64,000 nucleotides of DNA from Candidatus Eiseniibacteriota bacterium (GTDB lineage: Bacteria > Eisenbacteria > RBG-16-71-46 > CAZAMP01): the NCBI GenBank assembly GCA_965224245.1, contig OZ245046.1, positions 4,736,001 through 4,800,000 on the forward strand. Direction: 5' to 3'. Positions 36,787 to 45,939 of the stretch are shown here, piece after piece (position 1 is the first letter of the stretch; every line of letters begins with the position of its first letter). The translations under genes and the position numbers were made by a program. Under the pieces are notes generated by a model. The model ran no database searches, had not been told where the DNA came from, and saw nothing but the letters and a program-made list of their open reading frames with translations.

Positions 36787-37764
36787 ATGACGACGCAACG
36801 ACGTCTCGCCCTCGTCACCGCGGCCCTGAGCACGGGATTGCTCGCGAGTGGTGCCGCACGCGCGGGGGACCCGTCGACGTCCACGCCCGACGCGGACGGA
36901 TCGGACTCGGAACACGTTCTTCCGGCCGGACAGGACGGCACCGATCTCGGGTCGTTCACGGTCGAGGGTGAGGACCGCATCCGCATCGAGTTCGAGCGAC
37001 CGAGTCTGGATCTCACGATCGACCCGCGATCGGTGGGGGGTCTCGACTGGAGCGATCCCAACGAGATTCTGGAGCGGAAGCGCTTCGATACCACGACGCC
37101 GTTCCTTCGCGCGGAGACCCGATGGCTCCCGACGACGCCGGCACGTCCGTGGGCACGATCGCTGGTTTACGGCGACATCGTGACGCTGCGGCCGAAGGTC
37201 GACGACGTGGCCACCTGGCGGCTGACCATCTCGGACCCGACCGGCGCCGAGGTCTGGCGCGTGGGCGGCGAGGGCAAGGCGCCGCGCGAGATCACCTGGG
37301 ACGGCATGACCATGAGCGGCCGGGCGGCGTTGCCGGGACAGACCTACGTTCACGCCATCGACGTCGTGGACAAGGCGGGCAACAAGCGCCGCTTCAACGG
37401 GTCGGGCTTCGTGATGCCGGCGTTCGCGGTGACCGCCGGAGACAGCCTCCGGCTCGCGGTCGCCGGGGAGCCGGACGGGTCCGGACGCCTGGGCGCGCTG
37501 GCGATCGTGGAGATCGCGGACTGGATCAACCAGCATGCGGCGCCGAGCTCGGAGATCCGTCTCTCGGCGCTGGCCCGCACGTACGGGGAGGCCGAGTCGA
37601 TGAGCGGCGCCGCGCAGGGCGCGCTCGTGGGGCTCGTGGCCGGGGATCCCATTCGCATGCGGACCATCGCCCGCGTGGATCCCGCCGCCCCGCAGAACGG
37701 AGTGCTGACGGTGCAGTTCCACGTGGGCTCGACACCGCCGGAGCCGCCAGACGGAAAGCGGTGA
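36787..37764 (+). CDS. Exported protein with FlgD-Ig-like domain and possible degenerate OmpA-like C-terminus
   Basis: Signal peptide; TWRLTISD...ITWDGMT...PGQTY...VVDKAGN resembles the C-terminus of the PorV-like protein. Confidence 0.6.
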   Translation: MTTQRRLALVTAALSTGLLASGAARAGDPSTSTPDADGSDSEHVLPAGQDGTDLGSFTVEGEDRIRIEFERPSLDLTIDPRSVGGLDWSDPNEILERKRFDTTTPFLRAETRWLPTTPARPWARSLVYGDIVTLRPKVDDVATWRLTISDPTGAEVWRVGGEGKAPREITWDGMTMSGRAALPGQTYVHAIDVVDKAGNKRRFNGSGFVMPAFAVTAGDSLRLAVAGEPDGSGRLGALAIVEIADWINQHAAPSSEIRLSALARTYGEAESMSGAAQGALVGLVAGDPIRMRTIARVDPAAPQNGVLTVQFHVGSTPPEPPDGKR

Positions 37765-37870
37765 TCGCTCCCGCCGGAGCGCCGGCCTCGCCGCCGGTGC
37801 TCCGGCCACCCCGCCCGTTCGATCGAACCCGAGACCCCTCGCGAGGACCCCGGACCCGGACCTCGCCGCT

Positions 37871-37910
37871 CCCTCCCCTCGCCTCCCCTCGCCTCTGCTC
37901 GCCTCTCCTC
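37871..37910. repeat. Imperfect 10-bp tandem repeat (GCCTCCCCTC-like x4), pyrimidine-rich
   Basis: ccctcccctc gcctcccctc gcctctgctc gcctctcctc. Confidence 0.55.
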
Positions 37911-37928
37911 GTCGCCTTACCACATGAA

Positions 37929-37991
37929 GACAAATTAACTTGACTTTTTGTCAGGGCCACCGTACTTTCACGTGTGTCAAGTTAACCATAC
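37929..37991 (+). promoter_or_regulatory. Sigma70 promoter with overlapping inverted-repeat operator
   Basis: TTGACT (37940) - 17 bp - TACTTT (37963), flanked by the perfect inverted repeat TTAACTTGAC (37935) / GTCAAGTTAA (37976). Confidence 0.75.
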
Positions 37992-38012
37992 CAAATGGAA
38001 AGGACACCAGAC

Positions 38013-38447
38013 GTGACAGACTCCGGCCCGGCCCACGGCACGCCCTGGGCGCGATGTGACGTGACCCCGAGGGATCGTCGCAACAACATGCGGATGCTCA
38101 CGATGCTGCTGGCGTGGGCGGTGCTCTTCCTCGGCGCCACGTGGCTCGTGGAGAGCGATCGGATCGCCGCGGCCCCGCTCCGGTGGGCGCTCGCCGCAGT
38201 GCCCGCGATCGCCGGCCTCGCGGCACTGATGGCCTTCGCCCGCCTGATCCGGGAGGCCGACGAGCTCCAGCGCATGATCCAGCTGCAGGCGCTCGCGGTG
38301 GGCTTCGGCGGCACGTGGTTCGTGCTGACGGCCTACGGACTCTTCGAGCGAGTCGGCGCACCGCCGATCGACGCCTCGGACTACACGGTGGCCATGTCGG
38401 TCTTCTACGTGATCGGGATCCTGGTCGGGCGGAGGCGCTACCGGTGA
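38013..38447 (+). CDS. Small membrane protein (about 4 TM)
   Basis: Hydrophobic segments and DELQRMIQLQALA, a pattern typical of XRE-linked membrane proteins. Start is an estimate. Confidence 0.65.
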   Translation: MTDSGPAHGTPWARCDVTPRDRRNNMRMLTMLLAWAVLFLGATWLVESDRIAAAPLRWALAAVPAIAGLAALMAFARLIREADELQRMIQLQALAVGFGGTWFVLTAYGLFERVGAPPIDASDYTVAMSVFYVIGILVGRRRYR

Positions 38448-38647
38448 AGAACCGACTGAAGGTCCTGCGCGCCGAGCGCGACTGGACCCAGGCCCGGCTG
38501 GCGCACGAGCTCGAGGTATCGCGACAGACCGTCAACGCGATCGAGACCGGCAAGTTCGACCCGAGCCTGCCGCTCGCGTTTCGCATCGCCCGCCTGTTCG
38601 ACATGTCGATCGAGGCGATCTTCCAACCGGAGGACTCGAGCCGATGA
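38444..38647 (+). CDS. XRE/Cro HTH regulator
   Basis: MKNRLKVLRAERDWTQARLAHELEVSRQTVNAIETGKFDPSLPLAFRIA; GTGA overlap. Confidence 0.92.
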   Translation: MKNRLKVLRAERDWTQARLAHELEVSRQTVNAIETGKFDPSLPLAFRIARLFDMSIEAIFQPEDSSR

Positions 38648-40410
38648 CGCCGTTCATCACCCGTCTGGTCGTCGCGTGCGCCTTCGTGCCGCTCGTGCTC
38701 GCGCCCGTTCACGCCGACGTCGACCCCGCTGGAGACTGGTACGGCGTGATTCACGCGCCGATGGGAGACCTCACGCTGATCCTCACGATCACCGACGGCG
38801 AGAACGGCGCGCCGGCGGCCGTGCTCGAGAGCGTGGACCAGGCGCCGGGCACGAAGATCCCGATCACGAGCATCGATGTCACGGAGGCTCGCCTGACGTT
38901 CACCCTCGATGCGCTCGGCGCCCGGTACGACGGCGACTGGGACGCCGCGGAGCAGCAGTGGGTCGGTCTGTGGAAGCAGGGAGTGGAGCTGCCCCTCGCG
39001 TTCTCGCGGGAGGCGTCCGCGAGGGCCGTCGTCGAGGGGCTGGACGGCACGTGGGAGGGCACGATCACCCGAAATGGGGTCGCCCTTCGACTCGTCCTTC
39101 GGGTGTCCACCAACGAGCGCGGCACCGTCGCCACGCTGGACTCTCCGGATCTCGGCGCGATGGCGCTGCCGGTTTCGGGATTCACCCGGGCCGAGGGCGC
39201 CGTCCGGTTCGACGTACCGGCCAGCGGTGCGCGCTTCGATGGCACCCTGATCTCCGGTGGAGGAGAGGCTCGCGTTTCGGGGCGGTGGACGCGTCCCGGC
39301 CGCCCGGAGGCGGTGGTCACCTTCGTCAGGACCCGCGAATCGGCCGAGCGCGAGGTGCCCGAGCGGCCCCAGATGCCGACCGAGCCGCTCGCGTACGTCG
39401 CCGAGGACGTGACGTTCGACAACCCCGAGGCCGACGGCGTCACGCTCGCCGGTACACTGACGTTGCCGCCGGGGCGGGAGCCGTTCCCGGCCGCGATCCT
39501 GATCTCCGGGTCGGGACCGCAGGACCGAGACGAGACGGTCTTCTCGCACAAGCCGTTCGCCGTGCTCGCCGATCATCTGACGCGGCGGGGCATCGCGGTC
39601 CTCCGCTACGACGATCGCGGGTTCGGCGAGTCCACCGGGGATCATGCGTCGGCGACGTCGGCCGACTTCGCCACCGACACGCGCGCGGCCGTACGGTACC
39701 TCCTCACGCGACCCGAGATCGATCCGGGCGCCATCGGGCTCGTCGGGCACAGCGAGGGCGGCATGATCGGCCCCATCGCCGCCGTGGACGACGACGAGGT
39801 CGACGTCGACTTTCTCGTGCTTCTCGCCGGCCCCGGCACGAGCACGATCGAACTGATGCGCTCGCAGACCCGACTCGTCGGGCGCTCGCAGGGCGTATCG
39901 GAGGCGGAGCTGGCCGCCGCGGACGTGCTGCTCGAGCGCCTCTTCACCGCCGCGGCCACCGCATCCGACACCGAAGACGCGCGACGCCGCCTCGACACCG
40001 TCCTGTCGGCCGCGTCTCCGGATGCGCTCGACGCGCTCGCGGCGCTGGGCATGTCCCGTGAGGGGATCCCCGGCATCTACTCGCGCGACTGGTTCCGTTA
40101 CTTCATCCGTTACGACCCGAGCGTGTTTCTGTCCCGCATCGACGTGCCGGTGCTGGCGCTGAACGGCTCGCTGGACGTGCAGGTGCCGGCGGACGAGAAC
40201 CTGGCCGCGATCGCCCGAGCGCTCGCGCACGGTCGCGACGTCACCGTTCGAGAGCTGGACGGGCTCAATCATCTGTTCCAGCGCGCGACGACGGGTGCGA
40301 TCGGAGAGTACGCGGACATCGCCGAGACGTTCGCGCCGGTGGCGATGACGATCGTGTCGGACTGGATTCTCACGCGGTTCGGCCCGATCGTCCACGCCGA
40401 AGGACCATGA
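38644..40410 (+). CDS. Secreted alpha/beta hydrolase
   Basis: Signal peptide, SGSGPQDRDE, LRYDDRG, GHSEGG nucleophile elbow, DVQV, NHLFQ. Confidence 0.9.
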   Translation: MTPFITRLVVACAFVPLVLAPVHADVDPAGDWYGVIHAPMGDLTLILTITDGENGAPAAVLESVDQAPGTKIPITSIDVTEARLTFTLDALGARYDGDWDAAEQQWVGLWKQGVELPLAFSREASARAVVEGLDGTWEGTITRNGVALRLVLRVSTNERGTVATLDSPDLGAMALPVSGFTRAEGAVRFDVPASGARFDGTLISGGGEARVSGRWTRPGRPEAVVTFVRTRESAEREVPERPQMPTEPLAYVAEDVTFDNPEADGVTLAGTLTLPPGREPFPAAILISGSGPQDRDETVFSHKPFAVLADHLTRRGIAVLRYDDRGFGESTGDHASATSADFATDTRAAVRYLLTRPEIDPGAIGLVGHSEGGMIGPIAAVDDDEVDVDFLVLLAGPGTSTIELMRSQTRLVGRSQGVSEAELAAADVLLERLFTAAATASDTEDARRRLDTVLSAASPDALDALAALGMSREGIPGIYSRDWFRYFIRYDPSVFLSRIDVPVLALNGSLDVQVPADENLAAIARALAHGRDVTVRELDGLNHLFQRATTGAIGEYADIAETFAPVAMTIVSDWILTRFGPIVHAEGP

Positions 40411-40728
40411 CGGACGCACGGATCGCACCGCGTTCCGGGCGGCCCCTGCCTCGCGCGTGCGTTCCGGGAGCGGTGAGCGGGCCGGTCCGGCGCTCGGCGG
40501 TCTTGCTTCCGCGTGATGCTCCCATCCACTACGCTGCGATCGTGCTCGTGTCGGACCGCGTGTCGAATGCGTCCGAGATCCACGATCCAGACCGACCCAC
40601 GTCGTCACAACCAGTGAGTCTCACGCCATGAGAGTGAGCATCACGTATCGGGTACCACCCCAGTCACGAGTCCGGCGCGGACCGGTCCGCGCAGCCCCAC
40701 GCCACGTGCCGCTCCCGGGCCTCGGGGC

Positions 40729-41715
40729 ATGACCCCGCTCGCGGGCGCCCGGGCCTGGCGCCGGGCCTTGCCGTGGGCGACGGTGCTCGCCGTCGCGATT
40801 CCGCTGCAGCTCCTGGTGGGCGGGCCCGGCGGCCTCTGGTGGTCGGCCCTCCTGGACGCCGGGCATGCGCCCCTGTCGGGCTTGATCGCGCTGGCCGTGC
40901 TTCAGATCTCGGCCACGATCCGCCCGGAGCTCGAGGATCGTCGGGCCCGCCGGTACGGACTCGCCTTCGCGCTGGCGATCATCGTCGGGGCACTCATCGA
41001 GGCCAGCCAGCTTCCGGGCCCGCGAGACGCCGATGAGTGGGATCTCGTCCGGGACGTTCTGGGCGCCGCGGCTTTTCTATTGTTTCGTCTCGCGGGGGAC
41101 GTTCGAACCTCTCCGGTGCGATCCGTGGCGTCCCCGCTCCTGGCATCCGGGTTGCTGACCCTCGCGTTCTGGCACCTCGGAGCGCTGACCGTGGCCTACC
41201 TGGAGCGCAACGCGACCTTCCCTCGACTCTGCGACTTCGAGCACGGCTGGGAGCGGCGGTTCGCCGTTCCGTCGGACGCCGACCTGGACGTCGTCGCCGC
41301 ACCCGACGGCTGGGGACACGATCCGGACGACCGCGTCGGCCGCCTGACCCTGCGGCCGGCAACGTACCCCGGTCTCCAGGTCGTCGCCCCGTACCCCGAC
41401 TGGCGCGGCTACCGGCGACTCGAGTGGGAGATGTACTCCGATGAGGAGCGGGAGATCACGCTCGAGCTCCGCATCCACGACGCGGCGCACACCCAGGAGT
41501 ACGAGGACCGGTACAACCGAACGCTGACCGTTCGACCCGGACGGAACCGGTTCTCAATTCCGCTCGACGAGGTCCGGCGGGCACCGCGGGGGCGCCACAT
41601 GGACATGGCCGCCATCGCGAACCTGGCCATCTTCGCCCATCGGCCGGAGGATCCCATCACGGTGTATCTGGACGCTCTGCGCCTGGCGGGCGGCGACGCC
41701 TCCGATCAGCCGTGA
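40729..41715 (+). CDS. VanZ-like membrane protein with C-terminal carbohydrate-binding-like domain
   Basis: GH..., IEASQ..GPRDADEWDLVRDVLG; C-terminal DWRGYRRLEWE beta domain. Confidence 0.65.
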   Translation: MTPLAGARAWRRALPWATVLAVAIPLQLLVGGPGGLWWSALLDAGHAPLSGLIALAVLQISATIRPELEDRRARRYGLAFALAIIVGALIEASQLPGPRDADEWDLVRDVLGAAAFLLFRLAGDVRTSPVRSVASPLLASGLLTLAFWHLGALTVAYLERNATFPRLCDFEHGWERRFAVPSDADLDVVAAPDGWGHDPDDRVGRLTLRPATYPGLQVVAPYPDWRGYRRLEWEMYSDEEREITLELRIHDAAHTQEYEDRYNRTLTVRPGRNRFSIPLDEVRRAPRGRHMDMAAIANLAIFAHRPEDPITVYLDALRLAGGDASDQP

Positions 41716-42812
41716 GGCACTCGACCACGACCCAGGATGTCCGCGTAGACCGACTCGATCCCACGGACACACGCGTCGAGGCTGAACTCCTCGGCGCGCG
41801 TCCTCGCCGTCGATCCCATGCGCGCCCGCCTCGCGCCGTCTTCCGCCAGTTCCGAGATGGCGTCCGCGATCTCCTCGGCCCTCCCCGGCTCCACGAGGTA
41901 GCCGGTCTCCGGCGTCACGATCTCCACCATGCCCCCCACGCGGCTCGCGATCACGGGCCGTGACGCCGCGAACGCCTCGATCACGGCGAACCCGAACGGC
42001 TCCTCCCACACCGAGGGAACGACGACCACGTCCGCCGCGGCGTAGACATCGGGGATGTCGCGCCGAAACCCCAGCAGGTGCACCGCGGATTCCAGTCGAT
42101 CGCTCCGGATCGCATCCTCCAGCGGCCGGCGGTCTCCGGCGCCGGCGATCAGGCAGGCCACATCCAGCCCCCGATCGCGGGCGAAATGGGTGGCGCGGAC
42201 CAGGTGGTCGAAGCCCTTCTCCGGCGCGAGTCGGCCGGCCGCCGCCAGGACGAACGTGGACGCGGAGATCCCCAGCTCCTCCCGGACCGCGGACCGGTCG
42301 TCACGGACCCACCGGCTCGTGTCGACCCCGTTCCGGACCCGTGTGACGCGCGTCCGCGGGATGCCGCCGTCCACGAGCAGGGTCTCGATGTATCCGGATA
42401 TCGCGATCAGCCGATGATAGAAGACCCCACCACACGCCAGGGCCGTGACCCGGGTGCGAAACGGATGAGGCAGGTGCCGGGTCATCACCACGGCGGGCAC
42501 GGATGCAATCCGCGCGGCCACGGCCGGAACGATGTAGTCGCGATAGCTGTGCGTATGGACGACGTCGTACCCCTCGCGCATCGACCGCACGCACCGCGGG
42601 AGCGCCTTCCAGTCGTGCTGACTCCGGACCTCGAGCGGTGTGATCGGCACACCGCTCTCCGTCGCTCGACGCTCGAGCTCCGAGCCCCGACGACAGGCGA
42701 TCACCACGTCGTGATGTCGCTCGCGGAGACCCCGGGACGTCTCCAGGACGTACTGCTCGGTCCCGGCCCATCCCGGCATGCCGCTGGCGACCTGCAGGAT
42801 CCGTAGTCCCAC
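41706..42812 (-). CDS. GT4 glycosyltransferase
   Basis: GRLAPEKG, EEPFGFAVIEAFA. Start is an estimate. Confidence 0.88.
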   Translation of the reverse strand: MGLRILQVASGMPGWAGTEQYVLETSRGLRERHHDVVIACRRGSELERRATESGVPITPLEVRSQHDWKALPRCVRSMREGYDVVHTHSYRDYIVPAVAARIASVPAVVMTRHLPHPFRTRVTALACGGVFYHRLIAISGYIETLLVDGGIPRTRVTRVRNGVDTSRWVRDDRSAVREELGISASTFVLAAAGRLAPEKGFDHLVRATHFARDRGLDVACLIAGAGDRRPLEDAIRSDRLESAVHLLGFRRDIPDVYAAADVVVVPSVWEEPFGFAVIEAFAASRPVIASRVGGMVEIVTPETGYLVEPGRAEEIADAISELAEDGARRARMGSTARTRAEEFSLDACVRGIESVYADILGRGRVPHG

Positions 42813-42823
42813 CCGAGGCCTTC

Positions 42824-43591
42824 CTATGTTGACGGCGGCGGGTCCGACGACCGTGGCGTCCGAAACGCGACCAGATCGAACTGGATCTGGCGCCGGAGAT
42901 GGAACGAGAAGTTCGTCTCCAGGATCAAGTGCGGCTCGAAGCCGTGTTCGCGCAGCTGGCTCATGATCGGAAGGTAGCTCGGCTCCCCGCGATAGAGGGG
43001 AACCAGCGAGAGCTCGAGCTGGATGCCGCGTATGCGGTCCAGGGACGCCCTGGAGCCCGCGAGCACCGCGTCCTCGAAGCCCTGCGTGTCGACCTTGACG
43101 AACACCGACGAGTACCGATCCAGGTACGGCGCCAGCACCTCGTCCAGGGGGAGCACGTCCACCTCCTCCGCCCGGATCGCCTCGCTGCCGGGGTACGTCT
43201 CGCGCAGGGTGTCGGTGGCCGCGCGCAGGCTGCTGAGGTCGGACGCGCGCGCGACGTGGATCGTCGCCCTGCCTCGCTCGGCGCCGATGGCCATCCGCGG
43301 TGCGACGAGCCATCGATCGTCGGACGCCGACCGGCGTACGAGGGTCGCGTGCGCGCTCGCGACCGGCTCGATCGACAGAACGTCTCCGTGATAGCCGTAC
43401 AGCCGAAGAAGGTCGTGCGTCTGGCCGACGTTCGCACCCACGTCCACGACCAGATCGATCCCGTTGCTCTGGAGGCACGTGACGAGCTTGTTCCCGTCGG
43501 ACCAGCGGACCCGGTCACGGAAGAGTCTCCGAAGGAGCGGGCTCTTGAGAATCACCTCCTTCGCACCGTCGAGCAGGCTTCGACGAGTCAC
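42824..43591 (-). CDS. FkbM-family methyltransferase
   Basis: VDVGANVGQ, SIEPV, KVDTQGFE. Confidence 0.88.
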   Translation of the reverse strand: MTRRSLLDGAKEVILKSPLLRRLFRDRVRWSDGNKLVTCLQSNGIDLVVDVGANVGQTHDLLRLYGYHGDVLSIEPVASAHATLVRRSASDDRWLVAPRMAIGAERGRATIHVARASDLSSLRAATDTLRETYPGSEAIRAEEVDVLPLDEVLAPYLDRYSSVFVKVDTQGFEDAVLAGSRASLDRIRGIQLELSLVPLYRGEPSYLPIMSQLREHGFEPHLILETNFSFHLRRQIQFDLVAFRTPRSSDPPPST

Positions 43592-43684
43592 CGCACCGTC
43601 CTTCCCGATCTGTGGCCCGGCGATGGCTCCGGTCGCGCGCGACCGCCGATCGGCGGCGCTCCGGATCCGACACCGCCCGCCCCA

Positions 43685-44764
43685 CTAGTCACGTCGTCGC
43701 CCGTCGGTTTCGCCCACGAGAAGCGCCAGGCGGAGCAGGCGCCGGATGAACAGCTCGTGCGTGTAGTAGCGCTCGACGTGCTGTCTGGCCCGGGCACCCA
43801 TGGCCGCGACCTGGTCGTCGTCGTTCCAGAGCTGGACGATCCGCTCCCGGAGGCGGGCCGAGTCTCCGGAGGGTACGACGTATCCCGTCTCGCCTTCGAG
43901 GATGTAGTCGCCCGCCGCGATGTCGTCCGCGGCCAGCACGGGCTTCCCGTGCCACATCCCGTTGCAGAAGTTCGCCTCGCCACCCCCCTTGAGGCCCGTG
44001 GAGACCATCGGGATCACCACGAACCGGGACGCGGCCTGAAGCTGAGCGAACGCCGGCTCCTCGGCCGCGATCACGATGATGTTCGGCAGGCGTTCGATGG
44101 TGCCCCGGACCCGTCGATCGGTGGCGCTGATCACGACGGGAATGCCGGTGCCCCGGACGGCGTCCACGAGGCACCGGTAGTCGCGCTTTCCGTTGCCCCC
44201 CGAAAAGACATAGCGGCCGGCGGGAAGGTCGTACCCCGGCCACTTGGAGTGATTGGCCTTGAACGGCAGGTACACGAATCGCGTCTCGGGCAGGCGCAGG
44301 AACCGCGCATGCGACGCGACCTGCGGCCTCGACCACACCACGCTCAGCTGGTACCCCTGGTAACACCGTCGGAGAATACCTCGCTTGACGGGCGAGTCCG
44401 TCTCGACGAACACGTCCCAGCAGAGCAGCGACCCGCGGGATCCAAAGAGGAGGTGATTGATCGCACCACACAGCAAGGCGACGTGCGTCGCCCCGTTCAC
44501 GAGGACGACCGTCCGCCGGCGGACGGCCCGGCGGACCAGCTGCCAGGCGTAGGCGAGGTCGCCGAGGAGCGGTATCGGTCTCAGCAGGCGCGCGAGAAAA
44601 CCCCGCCGCACCCACTCCACGGTCATCTCCTCGCAGGGCGTGAACTCCTCGTGCGACAGGAGGCGAACGTCGTCGGAAACCGGCCAGGAGGGGCAATCGA
44701 GCACGCGCCAGTCGTGCCGGACGTCATCGAGCGTCGGTTCCGAGGTCACACCGCCGGCCGCCAC
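43685..44764 (-). CDS. GT4-like glycosyltransferase
   Basis: SGGNGKRDY, MWHGKPVLA, GETGYVVPSGD. Confidence 0.8.
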   Translation of the reverse strand: MAAGGVTSEPTLDDVRHDWRVLDCPSWPVSDDVRLLSHEEFTPCEEMTVEWVRRGFLARLLRPIPLLGDLAYAWQLVRRAVRRRTVVLVNGATHVALLCGAINHLLFGSRGSLLCWDVFVETDSPVKRGILRRCYQGYQLSVVWSRPQVASHARFLRLPETRFVYLPFKANHSKWPGYDLPAGRYVFSGGNGKRDYRCLVDAVRGTGIPVVISATDRRVRGTIERLPNIIVIAAEEPAFAQLQAASRFVVIPMVSTGLKGGGEANFCNGMWHGKPVLAADDIAAGDYILEGETGYVVPSGDSARLRERIVQLWNDDDQVAAMGARARQHVERYYTHELFIRRLLRLALLVGETDGRRRD

Positions 44765-44776
44765 ACGTCAATGCCT

Positions 44777-45691
44777 CTACCCGCCGAGACTCAGCGATCG
44801 CTTGGCCCGCCCGGTCATCGACTTCGAGAGTCGATACATGCCCGGGAAGTAGCGGTATGCGGTCTCCTTCACCATGCCCTTCACGCCGGTGGGGAAGATG
44901 TTCGGATAGAACACCGGATGGAGTCGTCGCGACGACCCCTCGTCGGCCATGGCGATGTAGTCGTCGAGAAACGTATCGGAGCGGGGATCCAGGGTCGGCT
45001 TCGTGGCGTTGCCCGTTCGCACCGGAGAGGTCGTGTGCCACATCGCGAGCATGTGACGGGCGTTGGGAGAACGGTTGGACGTCCCGCGGTGAATCAGATA
45101 CGGGAATCGAATGACGACCGAGCCGAGCGTCGTGTTCACACGCGCCGGCGTGTGGATCGCGAGCACGTCCTTGATCGACCGCTCCTCGTACTCGGGCCGG
45201 TGCGTACCGGGAATCGCCTCCAGACTGCCATTCCGCTCGTCGACGTCGCAGAGCGGGATGTTCACGAGCAGCCTCTTCGCCGACCAGTCGTCGACGTCGC
45301 TGTGAAACTCCTGCGGCACGCTTCTCGGGGCGTTGGTGTTCCCGCCGACTCCTTCGATGAACACGGGGGCACCCAGCACGGCCGACGTGATCGAGAGGAG
45401 CACCTCGTTCGCCAGGACGCTCCGATCCACGAACTCGGGGTACGTGACCGGGTGGATTCCGAGATGGCCGATGACACGTCCGCCCCCCAGCCAGGCGCTC
45501 TTTCCGCTGTTGAAGCTCGACCAGTCCCCGTCCAGACGCTCGCGGAGCCGCTCCAGGCGCTCGGGCGGGATCACGTTCGATACGACGACGTATCCGTTCT
45601 CCCGCAGGTGATCGGCCGCGGTCGCCAGCCGGTCCGGATCGAGGACCCGCTGATCTCGCTCGTGATCCGACAGCTCGATGCTGGACGACAC
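44777..45691 (-). CDS. Phytanoyl-CoA dioxygenase (PhyH)-family Fe/2OG oxygenase
   Basis: ENGYVVV, FHSD (HxD), NGSLEAIPGTH, IHRG..NRS...R. Confidence 0.82.
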   Translation of the reverse strand: MSSSIELSDHERDQRVLDPDRLATAADHLRENGYVVVSNVIPPERLERLRERLDGDWSSFNSGKSAWLGGGRVIGHLGIHPVTYPEFVDRSVLANEVLLSITSAVLGAPVFIEGVGGNTNAPRSVPQEFHSDVDDWSAKRLLVNIPLCDVDERNGSLEAIPGTHRPEYEERSIKDVLAIHTPARVNTTLGSVVIRFPYLIHRGTSNRSPNARHMLAMWHTTSPVRTGNATKPTLDPRSDTFLDDYIAMADEGSSRRLHPVFYPNIFPTGVKGMVKETAYRYFPGMYRLSKSMTGRAKRSLSLGG

Positions 45692-45939
45692 CGTGTCACC
45701 CTCTTCTGCTGATTCTGAGGCTCGGAAGACCGATGGCGGAGAACGCGCCGGCCCGCCACGAACGAGGAACGATACCATCGTCCATGAATATGGACAATGC
45801 TAACGTGCTTCGCGGAAACAGGTTGGGCCGCCGACCCTCGGCCGCCGGGCGGGGATCCGCGGCTCCCTGTGCATCCGGATCGAGCGCGGCGAGCACGGTC
45901 GGGGACGGGGCGGTGCGGCGGCCCGATGTGGGCCTCGGA

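Noticed and set aside
38098-40608. 836-aa minus-strand ORF
   Set aside because: Antisense to the XRE and hydrolase genes; Arg/Gly-rich non-protein-like composition.
42899-45712. 937-aa plus-strand ORF
   Set aside because: Antisense shadow of FkbM, GT and PhyH genes; no motifs; expected at this GC content.
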